Shown one piece after another: positions 10,634 through 21,216 of a DNA stretch of 57,516 nucleotides. Both the position numbers and the translations under genes were made by a program. The notes under the pieces were generated by a model that was not told the origin of the DNA, did no database searches, and saw only the letters and a list, made by a program, of their open reading frames with translations. The DNA is from Tubiluchus corallicola (taxonomy: Eukaryota > Animalia > Priapulida). The stretch is from positions 1 through 57,516 of the forward strand of contig JAQGDQ010002417.1 in NCBI GenBank assembly GCA_030141605.1, written 5' to 3'. Numbering within the stretch: position 1 is the first letter of the stretch; each line of letters starts with the position of its first letter.

Positions 10634-11965
10634 TTGAAAATTCAACTAGATAAAATAGGCACAGCAGAAGCTTTATTAAAAATTACGATAGAAGAAAAAG
10701 ATTATCAAAAAGATGTAGAGAAAAAAATAAAAGAACACTCCCTAAAAGCTCAAATGAAAGGGTTTAGAAAAGGCAAAGTTCCTTTCTCTATGATAAAAAA
10801 CATGTATGGACCCGCTATTCTTTCGGAAGAAGTCGGAAAGATACTATCTGATAACGTCAACAAATACATCACTGACAATAAGTTACAACTTATAGGCGCT
10901 CCCATGTTAAAAAGTGATACGCTTAAAATAGATTGGAAAACACAAAAAGAGTTTGAGTTTGAGTATAATCTTGGCTTGGTAAATGATTTTGAATGTGATG
11001 CTAATTTTAGTCTAACCCAATACAACGTAGAGCTTAGTGACAAAGAATTTGAAGAAGAAGTAAACCAACTATGCCTGTCATTTGCAAAGCCTGAAGAAGT
11101 AGATATATGCACTGAAAATGAAGAATGTTTTATACAAGCCACCCTCGCAAAAGATAACAACGAAGAGAAAATTTTCATTCCCTTCAACAAGCTAAATAAA
11201 AAGTCAAAAAAGATTTTCCTTAAACAAAAAAAGAATGAAACATTTAGTGTCATTCCTGCAACACTGTTTGAGAAAAAAGAAGATTTTGCCATTGCCGTAA
11301 ATAAAAATGAAAAGCAAATAGAAAAACAATATAAAGAAGCACATCAACTTACTATTAATGAAATAAAGAAATTAATACCCGAAGAGCTTAATCAAAAAAT
11401 CTTTGACCAAGTGTTAGGAGAAAATATTGTCAAAGACAAAGAAAGTTTTTTGCAAAAATATAAAGAATTAGTGCACAATGAACTAAAAAAGAAAAGCGAA
11501 CAATGGGCAAATGAAGAGGTTAAAGATAAGTTGATCAAAGAAACTAAAATAGACATATCTGAAGAGTTCTATAAAATATGGCTATTAAGCGAACAAGCAG
11601 ACAATGAAGAAAAGAAAGAAGAAATAAGTTCAAATTTTGAACTATATGTAAAGGAATTAAAATGGAATTTAATTTCAAATAAAATATTAAAAAAGAATAA
11701 TATTGAAATAAACTACGACTATATTAAAAATTATACAAAAGCAATATTTAAAGAAAAAGAAAAAAACCTAAAAACAGACGAACAGCAAATAGATGCTTTT
11801 ATAGATAACTACCTATCACAAAACAATGGCGCCTACTATTGGCAAATTTATCAACAAGTAAAGCAAGAAAAAATACTTGAAACGATAAAACCACAGTTGA
11901 AAATCAGCACAAAAAAAGCATCTAAAAAGCAATTCATGGAAAAGGTTAGTGCTAAACAAAAATAA
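10634..11965 (+). CDS. tig: Trigger factor
   Basis: Ribosome-binding motif GFRKGKVP; located upstream of clpP-clpX. Start is probably TTG 10634 because the ORF-track start lies inside tRNA-Leu. Confidence 0.9.
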   Translation: MKIQLDKIGTAEALLKITIEEKDYQKDVEKKIKEHSLKAQMKGFRKGKVPFSMIKNMYGPAILSEEVGKILSDNVNKYITDNKLQLIGAPMLKSDTLKIDWKTQKEFEFEYNLGLVNDFECDANFSLTQYNVELSDKEFEEEVNQLCLSFAKPEEVDICTENEECFIQATLAKDNNEEKIFIPFNKLNKKSKKIFLKQKKNETFSVIPATLFEKKEDFAIAVNKNEKQIEKQYKEAHQLTINEIKKLIPEELNQKIFDQVLGENIVKDKESFLQKYKELVHNELKKKSEQWANEEVKDKLIKETKIDISEEFYKIWLLSEQADNEEKKEEISSNFELYVKELKWNLISNKILKKNNIEINYDYIKNYTKAIFKEKEKNLKTDEQQIDAFIDNYLSQNNGAYYWQIYQQVKQEKILETIKPQLKISTKKASKKQFMEKVSAKQK

Positions 11966-12003
11966 TTTGCTAATGTATGGTAAAAATTTAATCTATCATT
12001 ATT

Positions 12004-12681
12004 ATGCCTAACAAAAAAGAATTTAGAAAATACGCTATAAAATCCAAAGGAATAAGTGGGTGGGCTATGGATAAGTATATAAATAGAGTGGAAAACATGA
12101 CCAGAACAGTGATAGAAGAACGGCCTACAAACTTTAGGGAAATAGACGTTTTTTCCAGACTTATCATGGATAGAATTATTTTTTTAGGCATGGAGATAGA
12201 TGACCATATCGCCAATATTATCACCGCTCAATTACTATTTTTAGAGTCAGTAGACAACAGCAAAGATATATTGCTCTATATCAACTCTCCTGGCGGTTCT
12301 GTGTATGCAGGGTTAGGAATTTATGATACCATGCAATATGTAACCCCCAATGTATCAACAGTTTGCACTGGATTAGCTGCCTCTATGGGAGCTGTGTTAT
12401 TAGCAGGAGGAGCAAGCAAAAAAAGATCCGCCCTTCCACACTCAAGAATAATGATACACCAACCCATGAGTGGCATGAGAGGAGCAGCTTCAGATATGGA
12501 AATATCCTTAAAAGAAACTTTGTCTGTTAAAAAAGATTTATATAATATCCTTGCCAAGCATAGCAAACACACATATAAAAAAATAGAAACTGACGCAGAC
12601 AGAGATTATTGGATGAAAGCCTCCGAAGCAAAAGAATATGGTTTGATAGATGATGTTTTTGAGTTTAAACACAAAAAGTAA
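12004..12681 (+). CDS. clpP: ATP-dependent Clp protease proteolytic subunit
   Basis: [30 protein letters not shown] and MIHQP. Confidence 0.97.
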   Translation: MPNKKEFRKYAIKSKGISGWAMDKYINRVENMTRTVIEERPTNFREIDVFSRLIMDRIIFLGMEIDDHIANIITAQLLFLESVDNSKDILLYINSPGGSVYAGLGIYDTMQYVTPNVSTVCTGLAASMGAVLLAGGASKKRSALPHSRIMIHQPMSGMRGAASDMEISLKETLSVKKDLYNILAKHSKHTYKKIETDADRDYWMKASEAKEYGLIDDVFEFKHKK

Positions 12682-12683
12682 TT

Positions 12684-13934
12684 ATGCCCTCTGAAACTGT
12701 TACATGCTCTTTCTGCAAAAGAAAAAAAAACGAAGTAGAGTTAATGATTTTAGGCAAAAATGCAAACATATGTAATGAGTGTGCCTATCAAGCTCACCAA
12801 GTCTACTTAGCAGAAAAACACATCATAGAAGCAAGCTCTCCTTCCAAAATAGAATTTAAACTCATGCCCCCACAAAGCATGAAAAAACACTTGGATAATT
12901 TTGTTATTGGACAAGATGAAGCAAAAAAAGTACTCTGCGTTGCAGTGTATAACCACTACAAAAGATTAGCCCAAGTAAACAACCATCCCTCTAAAAAAGA
13001 TGATGTAATTATTGAGAAATCTAACCTCATAATGGTAGGTGACACAGGCACAGGCAAAACCTACTTAGCAAAAACACTTGCAAAAATTCTTCACGTTCCT
13101 TTTTGTATTGTAGACGCTACCGTTCTAACAGAAGCAGGATATGTAGGGGAAGATGTAGAGAGCATTTTAAGTAGGCTATTGCAGGTAGCTAATTATAATG
13201 TGAAAGATGCAGAAAAAGGTATCATATATATAGATGAGATAGATAAAATAGCTCGAAAGTCTGATAACCCTTCAATCACTCGAGATGTAAGTGGTGAAGG
13301 AGTGCAACAAGCCCTACTAAAATTATTGGAGGGAAGCATTATAAATGTTCCCCCATATGGAGGAAGAAAGCATCCTGAACAAAAAATGATTTCCGTAAAT
13401 ACAGATAATATTCTATTTATTTGTGGTGGTGCTTTTAATGGCATGGATAAAATTATATCAAAAAGAGTAAGTAAGCAGACAATAGGGTTTCTTTCAAAAA
13501 AACAAAGCCAGCAAAATATTAAAAGTCAAAACTTTTTGTCCTATATAACAGCAAATGACCTAAAACAATTTGGACTAATTCCAGAACTTATTGGGCGCCT
13601 ACCTGTTGTAACTTTTTTGAATACTCTTGACAAAAACATGTTAAAAAAAATATTGATAGAACCTAAAAACTCGTTAATAAAGCAATATAAAAAGCTATTT
13701 GAGCTTGAAGATACAGAGCTTGAATTTGCGCAAGATGCTATTGATTATATTGTAAAATACACTATAAAATTAAAGTTAGGTGCAAGAGGATTGAGAACTA
13801 TATGTGAAACAATCATGTTGGATATCATGTATAATTTGCCCTCTAAAAAAAGAAAAGAAAAAATAAATATCACTAAAGAGTTTGTAATGAAGAGGATAAA
13901 GTCATCACCATTACAAAAACTTATTGAAGAATAA
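12684..13934 (+). CDS. clpX: Clp protease ATP-binding subunit ClpX
   Basis: CSFC...CNEC zinc finger, [19 protein letters not shown] and [14 protein letters not shown]. Confidence 0.97.
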   Translation: MPSETVTCSFCKRKKNEVELMILGKNANICNECAYQAHQVYLAEKHIIEASSPSKIEFKLMPPQSMKKHLDNFVIGQDEAKKVLCVAVYNHYKRLAQVNNHPSKKDDVIIEKSNLIMVGDTGTGKTYLAKTLAKILHVPFCIVDATVLTEAGYVGEDVESILSRLLQVANYNVKDAEKGIIYIDEIDKIARKSDNPSITRDVSGEGVQQALLKLLEGSIINVPPYGGRKHPEQKMISVNTDNILFICGGAFNGMDKIISKRVSKQTIGFLSKKQSQQNIKSQNFLSYITANDLKQFGLIPELIGRLPVVTFLNTLDKNMLKKILIEPKNSLIKQYKKLFELEDTELEFAQDAIDYIVKYTIKLKLGARGLRTICETIMLDIMYNLPSKKRKEKINITKEFVMKRIKSSPLQKLIEE

Positions 13935-13964
13935 AAAAATATTGCTTTTTTATAAAAAAATATA

Positions 13965-13972
13965 TAAGTTTG
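13965..13972 (+). promoter_or_regulatory. -7 promoter element (TAAGTTTG) for the tRNA cluster
   Basis: TAnnTTTG about 60 bp upstream of tRNA-Lys. Confidence 0.5.
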
Positions 13973-14030
13973 CCTTTTTAAAAACTTATTAAGAATCAAA
14001 TACATGGTTTTGCATGTATTCAAAGATAAA

Positions 14031-14103
14031 GATTCTGTAGCTCAGTTGGTAGAGCATCTCCCTTTTAAGGAGAGGGTCCTGGGTTCGAGCCCCAGCAGGA
14101 TCA
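14031..14103 (+). tRNA. tRNA-Lys (TTT)
   Basis: TAGCTCAGTTGGTAGAGC D-arm, TCTCC-CTTTTAA-GGAGA anticodon arm and GGTTCGAGCC. Confidence 0.96.
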
Positions 14104-14121
14104 CTTTATAAACTAAATGAA

Positions 14122-14137
14122 GCCTCCTTAGCTCAGC

Positions 14138-14170
<33 letters not shown>

Positions 14171-14194
14171 CTGGTTCGATCCCGGCAGGGGGCT
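14122..14194 (+). tRNA. tRNA-Thr (TGT)
   Basis: ACTGA-CTTGTAA-TCAGT anticodon arm, GGTTCGATCC T-loop and GCCTCCT/AGGGGGC acceptor stem. Confidence 0.96.
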
Positions 14195-14235
14195 CTTTTG
14201 CATTTAGGGGATAGTTACTTCTCTACAACAAAAAT

Positions 14236-14309
14236 GGTTCCGTAGCTCAACTGGATAGAGCAACTGCCTTCTAAGCAGTAGGTTTCAGGTTCGAGTCCTG
14301 ACGGAATCA
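14236..14309 (+). tRNA. tRNA-Arg (TCT)
   Basis: ACTGC-CTTCTAA-GCAGT anticodon arm, GGTTCGAGTCC and GGTTCCG/CGGAATC acceptor stem. Confidence 0.96.
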
Positions 14310-14502
14310 CTCAAAAAACCTTTGAAATTCAAAAACTTTTACTTTTTATTTCTTTCATTACCTTTTAAGGCACAAAACGCCATATTTCCTAAGCCTTTTA
14401 GAATAGCTTTACGAAAGTAAAAGTATACGCTAAAGTTACTTCTGAGAAAAAACAAAGAGAGTTGTAAGTATAAAAAAATACAGAAATGACATTAAACATA
14501 CA

Positions 14503-15237
14503 TTACTTGTTCTTTAAAAACAACCTTGCTGCATCCAAATCTTGAGGTGTGTCTATTTGTATACCATGATAAGTAGTTTCCACAACCTTTATTTTTCTTC
14601 CATATTCCAAATAACGAATTGCTTCTATTTTTTCTGCTTTCTCACACTGACACATTGGCAAGGTATTAAAGTCTAACAATGCCCTCTTTCTAAAAGCATA
14701 TACTCCTACATGCAAATAATGCATGGGAGATAAATCTTTATTCATAAAATATGGTATTGGTTGTCTTGAAAAATACATAGCAAAATTTTGACTATCAAAC
14801 ACCAACTTTGTGTTGTGAGGGCTTTCAAACTCCTCTTTATTTGATGTCACACGAGTAAGCGTAGCAATATCTATCTCTCCTTTGTCATCTGTTTTAAAAA
14901 CCTCTATCAAACGTTGAAGAGGCTTTTTAGTTATAAAAGGTTCGTCTCCCTGCACATTCACTACTACATCTACATCCATATCCTTTACTGCTTCAGAAAT
15001 TCTATCACTTCCTGTTTGGTGTTTTTCAGACGTCATAATAGCCTTTCCACCATGTTTCACAATTTCATCAAAAATCATTTGACTGTCAGTAGCTACGTAT
15101 ACTTCATCAAAAATATTCATGGAGCTTACGTTTTCGAAGGTATACCTTATCAAAGGCTTTCCTCCAATTTCCATTATCATTTTTTGAGGCAGCCTAACAG
15201 CTTGTAGCCTTGCGGGGATAACTGCTACTATCTTCAT
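14503..15237 (-). CDS. kdsB: 3-deoxy-manno-octulosonate cytidylyltransferase
   Basis: VIPARL...RLPQK, TGSDRI, NVQGDEP, AMYFSRQPIP and IDTPQDL. Confidence 0.93.
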   Translation of the reverse strand: MKIVAVIPARLQAVRLPQKMIMEIGGKPLIRYTFENVSSMNIFDEVYVATDSQMIFDEIVKHGGKAIMTSEKHQTGSDRISEAVKDMDVDVVVNVQGDEPFITKKPLQRLIEVFKTDDKGEIDIATLTRVTSNKEEFESPHNTKLVFDSQNFAMYFSRQPIPYFMNKDLSPMHYLHVGVYAFRKRALLDFNTLPMCQCEKAEKIEAIRYLEYGRKIKVVETTYHGIQIDTPQDLDAARLFLKNK

Positions 15238-15254
15238 AAATCTTTCGTATAATA

Positions 15255-17060
15255 CTATTTTGTGGTATAAAAATTCGGAAGTCCTAGCTTAGATGAAATT
15301 CTTGTTGCTGCATTAATAAGCCCTACATGGCTATACGCCTGAGGAAAATTCCCCCACTGCCCTCCTGTCTTAGCATCTACATCTTCACTAAACAAGCCCA
15401 AATGATTGCTATGCTTTAATAAAGAGTCAAATATCTCAATAGCCTCGCTTGTCCTTCCAACACATGTCAATGCTTCTACATACCAAAATGAACAAACAAG
15501 AAAAGTAGTCTCTGGTTTTCCAAAATCATCTTCGTGCTTATACCTATAAAACAAGCCATTTGAAGCTTTCAAAACGTTTTCATGAGCTTCTAAATGCTGT
15601 TTTGCTAATTCGGAATCATGCCTTATGTAATTCATGCAAATTAATTGCAGTGAGCTTGCGTCAAAGTTGTGAGAACCAACAGCTTGCATATATGCCTTAT
15701 ACTTAGACGAGTAGCACAGTTCTATCTGTGCAGTTGCCATCTCTTTTAATGCTCTTGCTTGCTTTATCAATACCTCATCGCCTAACCTCTCACCTATTTT
15801 AATAGCGGCACAAGTACCTGCCCAATGAAATAAATATGTATAAAGATGTTTTTGGGCATTTTTTCTAAACTCCCATAATCCTGCATCTGGCTCATCTATT
15901 GTCATTTTAATTTTTTCCAATATACTGTAAACCAATGCTTTTATTTCAGAGCGTTCCGTTTGTACAAAGCGATAATCATTGTATAAAGGCAATAGAGAGA
16001 TAAGTACTTGTCCGTAGACGTCATTTTGAATGTGTGTATACGCTTGATTGCCTATTCTTATGGGTTTGTTACCTTTATATCCTTCTAATGTTTCTAGTAT
16101 TTTTTCCTCAATATTAGCCTTGCCCACCACAGTATATAGTGGTTGAAGTCTTTTTTCTTTTATGGAACTATAAATGTTTATAATATAGCGAAAATACTTT
16201 TCCATTTCTTCAAAGTGACCTATACTGTTAAAAGCATTTAAGGTATAGAATGTGTCCCTTATCCAACAATACCTATAATCCCAACATCTTCCACTATTAG
16301 GTGCTTCTGGCAAACTGGTAGTAGTAGCCGCTATAATTGCTCCCGTATCCTCGTATTGATGCAGTTTTAAAGCTAATGCAGATCGAATAACTTCTCTTTG
16401 ATAGAGAGATCCTATACTTGTACTTTTCACCCATTTTCTCCAATATTTAATTGTTTGTCCATAAAACTCCTCTACCGTTGTATCTAATGGAGCTTCTAAG
16501 CCATATCCATACGTGAGCACAAAATACAATGTTGTATTAACGAGTACTGGAGAGTCGGAATTAATGTAGTTCAATTCAGCATTAGTCGTTAACCTCATAG
16601 GTCTTTTCATATTATTAAACACAATATGATTTGAACCCACAGAAACAGAGGGTGTTACAGCGCCATAAGCATCTTTAGGTTCAATTTTTATTTTTATTCG
16701 AGGCGTTCCACTTAGCGGTTTTACTCTTCTAATAAGCATAGAAGGGCGAAAATGCCTTCCAAACTGCACAAATCTAGGAGCAAAATCCGTAATGACATAA
16801 GCTCCCTCCTTAGTTTTAACTTTTGTGCACAGTAAATTAGTATTTTCTACGTACGATTGTTTAGTAACATACTCGCCTTCATATGGTTTGAGAGAAAATT
16901 CTCCTCCTTTTTTCTTATCTAGCAAACTACCAAAAACAAAACTGCTATCAAACCGGGGCCAACAAAGCCAATTTACATTAGTTTCCTTATCTATACAAGC
17001 CAAATATGCACAATTGCCAATTACTCCAAAATCATATGTATGTCGTTTTCCACCACTCAT
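15255..17060 (-). CDS. Glycoside hydrolase family 15 (trehalase/glucoamylase-like)
   Basis: WLCWPRFDS, AATTTSLPE, WDYRYCWIRD, DAGLWEFR, LGLFSED and GNFPQAYSHVGL. Confidence 0.92.
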   Translation of the reverse strand: MSGGKRHTYDFGVIGNCAYLACIDKETNVNWLCWPRFDSSFVFGSLLDKKKGGEFSLKPYEGEYVTKQSYVENTNLLCTKVKTKEGAYVITDFAPRFVQFGRHFRPSMLIRRVKPLSGTPRIKIKIEPKDAYGAVTPSVSVGSNHIVFNNMKRPMRLTTNAELNYINSDSPVLVNTTLYFVLTYGYGLEAPLDTTVEEFYGQTIKYWRKWVKSTSIGSLYQREVIRSALALKLHQYEDTGAIIAATTTSLPEAPNSGRCWDYRYCWIRDTFYTLNAFNSIGHFEEMEKYFRYIINIYSSIKEKRLQPLYTVVGKANIEEKILETLEGYKGNKPIRIGNQAYTHIQNDVYGQVLISLLPLYNDYRFVQTERSEIKALVYSILEKIKMTIDEPDAGLWEFRKNAQKHLYTYLFHWAGTCAAIKIGERLGDEVLIKQARALKEMATAQIELCYSSKYKAYMQAVGSHNFDASSLQLICMNYIRHDSELAKQHLEAHENVLKASNGLFYRYKHEDDFGKPETTFLVCSFWYVEALTCVGRTSEAIEIFDSLLKHSNHLGLFSEDVDAKTGGQWGNFPQAYSHVGLINAATRISSKLGLPNFYTTK

Positions 17061-17157
17061 CGTAATAATTAATCTTCTTTTTTTATGTAGTTTGTTATTT
17101 ATTTACAATTATATGTTCGTATAAGTTAAAGCAACAAAAGTTATGCCATTTGTTAAC

Positions 17158-18540
17158 TTAATGCGCACTAAAACTTGGTAATTCCATTCCCTTAATATTT
17201 CTAAACAGCCGCAAAGCATTCGAATCTGTAAGGCCAGAGATAAAATCTAGCATTGATAACATGCTCTCATATATAGTTTTAGAATGCTTACAGGCACTTT
17301 GAATGTTCTTTGGTAACATCAAAAGTAACCTTTCTTCTATTCGTGTTAAATTTTTTGTGTCTACTTGTTTTACTACTACAGGGACAAATGCATGCAATAG
17401 GCCATTAATCACCTCTACTCCTGCTACTATTTTCTCTACTACAGGTTGCGAGTCATATATTCTTTTTTTAGATATTTTTTGTATTTTTCGAAACGTTTCA
17501 TTGCTTTTTATTCCCTCCATCAACGCCTTATCGTACTTCCCCTTAAGAATTTCTTTTTCATTGCCTAAAAAAACACTCGTTGCTTGTTCTATTAGTTCAT
17601 TAATTACTAATGATCTTAAAAAAGCCGTTTTTTCTGTTTTTAAGCCTATTTTTTGCAACTTCTTTTCTGTACGTTTTTCTGTTGGTATAATTGTTTCAAG
17701 CAATTTTTTTGATCTTTTAAAAGATATCAAACCTAAATTTGTAGCATCTTCAAGGTCAATGATAGTGTAACAAATATCATCTGCCGCTTCCAATAAAAAA
17801 GCTAACGGGTGCCTTCTCCATACATGGTCATTATCTGCCCCTACCTTTATTAATCCTGTGTTTTGTGCTACCTTTTCAAAAGCCTCTTTGTCTGACTGAA
17901 AAAAGCCATGTTTCTTTTGGCTTTTTCTATTTTCATCTTTTCTTTTTTCCTCCATCACTTCACAAGGATATTTGCTAAAACATGCAAGCGTAGAGTAAGT
18001 TAGTGGTGGCATAAAAGCAATAGAGGTTTTATTTCCATTGATTAGTCTAAATCCCTGGGCATTGCCTTCAAACTTTATTAAATCAAGTTTCTCTTTTTCG
18101 TTAAGTCGTTTGGCTATTTGCGGATTTTCATTAAAATAATCTTTAAAAAACATAGAGATAGCATCTTCGCCTGCGTGCCCAAAGGGGGGGTTGCCCAAGT
18201 CATGTGCCAAAGATGCAGATGCTATAATTGCTCCGAAATCATCTGATGTAAAGCCTTTTTGTTTTAAATTTTCATTTTTTTTTATTATTTCCTCTCCCAC
18301 TTTTTTCCCTAACGAGCGTCCAACACTTGCCACCTCTAAACTATGGGTAAGGCGTGTATGCACAAAAGAGTGTTTGGGCATTGGAAAAACTTGGGTTTTA
18401 TCTTGCAAACTTCTAAATGAGTTAGAAAAAATTACCCTATCAAAATCTTGTTGAAAAGTAGTTCTATATGAACGTTCCAAAGAGCCTTCTTTTTTGTCAG
18501 TTATTCTTAACGGATTGATTAGCTTTTCCCAATTCATCAT
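17158..18540 (-). CDS. dgt: Deoxyguanosinetriphosphate triphosphohydrolase (HD domain)
   Basis: LQDKTQVFP, HTRLTHSLEV, AHDLGNPPFGHAGE and EAADDICY. Confidence 0.93.
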   Translation of the reverse strand: MMNWEKLINPLRITDKKEGSLERSYRTTFQQDFDRVIFSNSFRSLQDKTQVFPMPKHSFVHTRLTHSLEVASVGRSLGKKVGEEIIKKNENLKQKGFTSDDFGAIIASASLAHDLGNPPFGHAGEDAISMFFKDYFNENPQIAKRLNEKEKLDLIKFEGNAQGFRLINGNKTSIAFMPPLTYSTLACFSKYPCEVMEEKRKDENRKSQKKHGFFQSDKEAFEKVAQNTGLIKVGADNDHVWRRHPLAFLLEAADDICYTIIDLEDATNLGLISFKRSKKLLETIIPTEKRTEKKLQKIGLKTEKTAFLRSLVINELIEQATSVFLGNEKEILKGKYDKALMEGIKSNETFRKIQKISKKRIYDSQPVVEKIVAGVEVINGLLHAFVPVVVKQVDTKNLTRIEERLLLMLPKNIQSACKHSKTIYESMLSMLDFISGLTDSNALRLFRNIKGMELPSFSAH

Positions 18541-19433
18541 TAGCTATTTAAGTACCCAAATTGATTTAACTTTTTATCATTCTTTCTCCAATTGGTTTCT
18601 ATCTTGATGTGTTGTTCCAAAAACACTTGTTTTCCAAAGAAGTTTTCAATATCCTTCCGAGCTTCTATGCCCACTTTTTTCATACGCTCCCCTTTATGTC
18701 CTAACAATATAGCTCTTTGCGATGGTCGCTCTACATATATCTCGCTTCTTATCCTTATAATTTTATCTTTTTCTTCAAAATCGGTAACTATTACTTCACA
18801 ACTATAAGGCACTTCTTTTTTATAGTTCACAAATATTTTTTCTCTAATAATTTCAGCGACAAAAAAGCGTTCTGGACGGTCGGTCAATTCATTTTTTGGA
18901 TAATATGCAGGATGACAAGGCAGCCTACTGAGTATGCTATCAAATAATGTATCTATATTAGTGCTTTTAAGAGCAGAAATGGGTATTATGCTGGTGGGAT
19001 TTATTCGCTCTTGCCAATATTGGGCTACTTTTTCTATTTCTTGAGCATCTTTGGCAAGGTCTATTTTATTAATGATTAAAAATTTTGCTTGTTCTGAATT
19101 AGTTATTCTTTTTATAACATGTTCTTCCACTGCTTTATTAAATATATCTACAACAAACAAAATAATATCAGCATCATCAATAGCTGTATACACATGCTTC
19201 ATCATAGACTTTTGTAAGACATATTTTGGTTTCAATATGCCCGGGGTGTCTGAGTATACTATCTGAAAATCATCGCCACTAATAATCCCAAGTATTCTGT
19301 GCCTTGTGGTTTGCACTTTTGATGTAATGATAGATAGTTTTTCCCCCACCAAAACGTTCATTAAGGTAGACTTTCCTACATTAGGATTACCAACAATATT
19401 TACAAACCCCGCTTTATGACAGCCTTCATTCAT
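18540..19433 (-). CDS. era: GTPase Era
   Basis: GNPNVGKST, QTTR, DTPG, NKID and C-terminal KH domain. Confidence 0.97.
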   Translation of the reverse strand: MNEGCHKAGFVNIVGNPNVGKSTLMNVLVGEKLSIITSKVQTTRHRILGIISGDDFQIVYSDTPGILKPKYVLQKSMMKHVYTAIDDADIILFVVDIFNKAVEEHVIKRITNSEQAKFLIINKIDLAKDAQEIEKVAQYWQERINPTSIIPISALKSTNIDTLFDSILSRLPCHPAYYPKNELTDRPERFFVAEIIREKIFVNYKKEVPYSCEVIVTDFEEKDKIIRIRSEIYVERPSQRAILLGHKGERMKKVGIEARKDIENFFGKQVFLEQHIKIETNWRKNDKKLNQFGYLNS

Positions 19434-19971
19434 TGAGTAAAAGCTCTATTATTGTTATCATCTCGTTAAATTCTTTCTCCTTAAATCCTCTTGTCATAAA
19501 ACGAATATTACCTTGTTTGTCTAAAATCACATTGCGCGTAACCCCAGCCTTTTTAGGGGCAAATTTTGAAAAAATATTGGCTTCGGGGTCTAAACCAATA
19601 GGGTAGGTTACTTGGGTTCTTTGAATAAGTTCTTTTACCTTTTCAATAGGTTCATCCCTGTCTATGCCATATAGAAGAAAATTAGGGTTATCTTTATGTT
19701 TACTCCAAATATCTTTCTCTATATGGGGCATTTTTTTTCTGCATATACCACACCAACTTGCAGTAAATTGTAACATAACTACTTTTCCTTTAAAGCTTTT
19801 TGTAGATACAATTTCTCCATTTACAAGTTTCATACTAAATTCAGGTACCATCTCTCCTATTTCAACAATATACCCATAGCTTTCAGGAACTTTTTGTATA
19901 GGAATCGTCTGTGCATGCGCCTCCATTGTAAAGCAAAGTACCAATATTGAAATGCAAGTAGTTAGTTTCAT
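19426..19971 (-). CDS. TlpA-family thiol:disulfide oxidoreductase, secreted
   Basis: Signal peptide and FTASWCGIC (CxxC) thioredoxin fold. Confidence 0.85.
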   Translation of the reverse strand: MKLTTCISILVLCFTMEAHAQTIPIQKVPESYGYIVEIGEMVPEFSMKLVNGEIVSTKSFKGKVVMLQFTASWCGICRKKMPHIEKDIWSKHKDNPNFLLYGIDRDEPIEKVKELIQRTQVTYPIGLDPEANIFSKFAPKKAGVTRNVILDKQGNIRFMTRGFKEKEFNEMITIIELLLNE

Positions 19972-20021
19972 ATTAGTTTCTGTTATTTATACAATGTTAA
20001 TTTTCATCAATAATCTATGCA

Positions 20022-21209
20022 TTACATACATCCTCCCTGTGCTTTTTTTATTTCTCGTTTTGGTGGTGGCGCCGTAGCTTTAAGAGAGTTGATTAACTTC
20101 GTTAATCGCTGCTTGGTTTGCAATCTAAATCTAACAGTTTCAGAAGCTTCTAACAAACTATCATCAGTGCTCTCTGCATCAATAAACATCTCTTTAAACT
20201 CCCGTACACTGGCTTTCAGGATGTAACTATTAGGAACTTGCAAATTCACTAATCTTTTTTTAACATTCCCATATGTCAACTCGTCATACTCAGTGCAAAA
20301 CACATTAATTTTTTTTGGTTGGCTATAAAAAGCTACCCACTCAGAATTGCTTATCATTTCCTCTATTTGTATCTCTACCGCCAAAGGCAATACATGATGT
20401 TCTTTGGTTTCTCCCGTATCCAAAACATTTATAATATTAAGGTTCTTATAGTTATTGAGCATTTGATATGCTAATTCATCTGCTGACATTTCACATGCTA
20501 TTGCTGGTGTTTCACATTTTACTTTACTGAATTTGAAAGGAGAAAACGATATGACAAACATCAAAAGAAAAGGAAGAGAAGCCACAAGCCCATAACGCAT
20601 TATAACAGCTTTTGTAAGTGGTGCCTTTGGGCGTTGATTAACTCTATTTTCAATAAGCCATGTAACATAAAAAATCCCCCCCGCTGCTAACGTTAACAGA
20701 AAACCAAACATGAGTTTAGGCATACCAAGTTGAGAGTATATAGTAATGTCACCCATATTGTCTTCCATATAAAACTTCTGAATAGATGGGAAAAATTCCA
20801 TAAAAACAAAAATGCCTAAAAATATTCCTCCTATAAATGCAAGCGCATCAATTTTGCCCACCGAAGCAGCACACACACTCGTTCCGGGACAAAAGCCCCC
20901 AATGATAAAACCCAAGCCCATTACGCCTCCTCCCACAAGAGCAGAGCGTAAAAAGGTAGGATTTATAAAAATAAGTTCTATATTAAGCAAGCCATAATGC
21001 GTCATTACTAACACACCTATCATAGCAGTAATGCCGGCAGTAAAAAAAACTCTTAGTACCGTAAAATCGTAACCATAAAAGAGGCCTACTAATTTTTTTG
21101 ATGATGAAAATCCCGCTTGCTCTAATACAAAGCCAAATGCTATGCCTATAATTAGAGCAATAATAAAATCAAATTCTGTGCTGATAATTGAAGGAACTAA
21201 AGGACCCAT
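20022..21209 (-). CDS. YeeE/YedE sulfur (thiosulfate) transporter family protein with C-terminal rhodanese-like domain and GGC tail
   Basis: GIAFGFVLEQAGF, DFTVLRVFF and GGFCPGT, about 6 hydrophobic helices, then a soluble domain ending in KKAQGGCM. Confidence 0.85.
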   Translation of the reverse strand: MGPLVPSIISTEFDFIIALIIGIAFGFVLEQAGFSSSKKLVGLFYGYDFTVLRVFFTAGITAMIGVLVMTHYGLLNIELIFINPTFLRSALVGGGVMGLGFIIGGFCPGTSVCAASVGKIDALAFIGGIFLGIFVFMEFFPSIQKFYMEDNMGDITIYSQLGMPKLMFGFLLTLAAGGIFYVTWLIENRVNQRPKAPLTKAVIMRYGLVASLPFLLMFVISFSPFKFSKVKCETPAIACEMSADELAYQMLNNYKNLNIINVLDTGETKEHHVLPLAVEIQIEEMISNSEWVAFYSQPKKINVFCTEYDELTYGNVKKRLVNLQVPNSYILKASVREFKEMFIDAESTDDSLLEASETVRFRLQTKQRLTKLINSLKATAPPPKREIKKAQGGCM

Positions 21210-21216
21210 AAGACTA

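Noticed and set aside
14310-14502. Possible integration site after tRNA-Arg (CCTTTTAAGG also occurs in the tRNA-Lys anticodon arm)
   Set aside because: Only a 10-bp match, no tRNA 3'-end duplication, no integrase, and the neighbouring genes are housekeeping.
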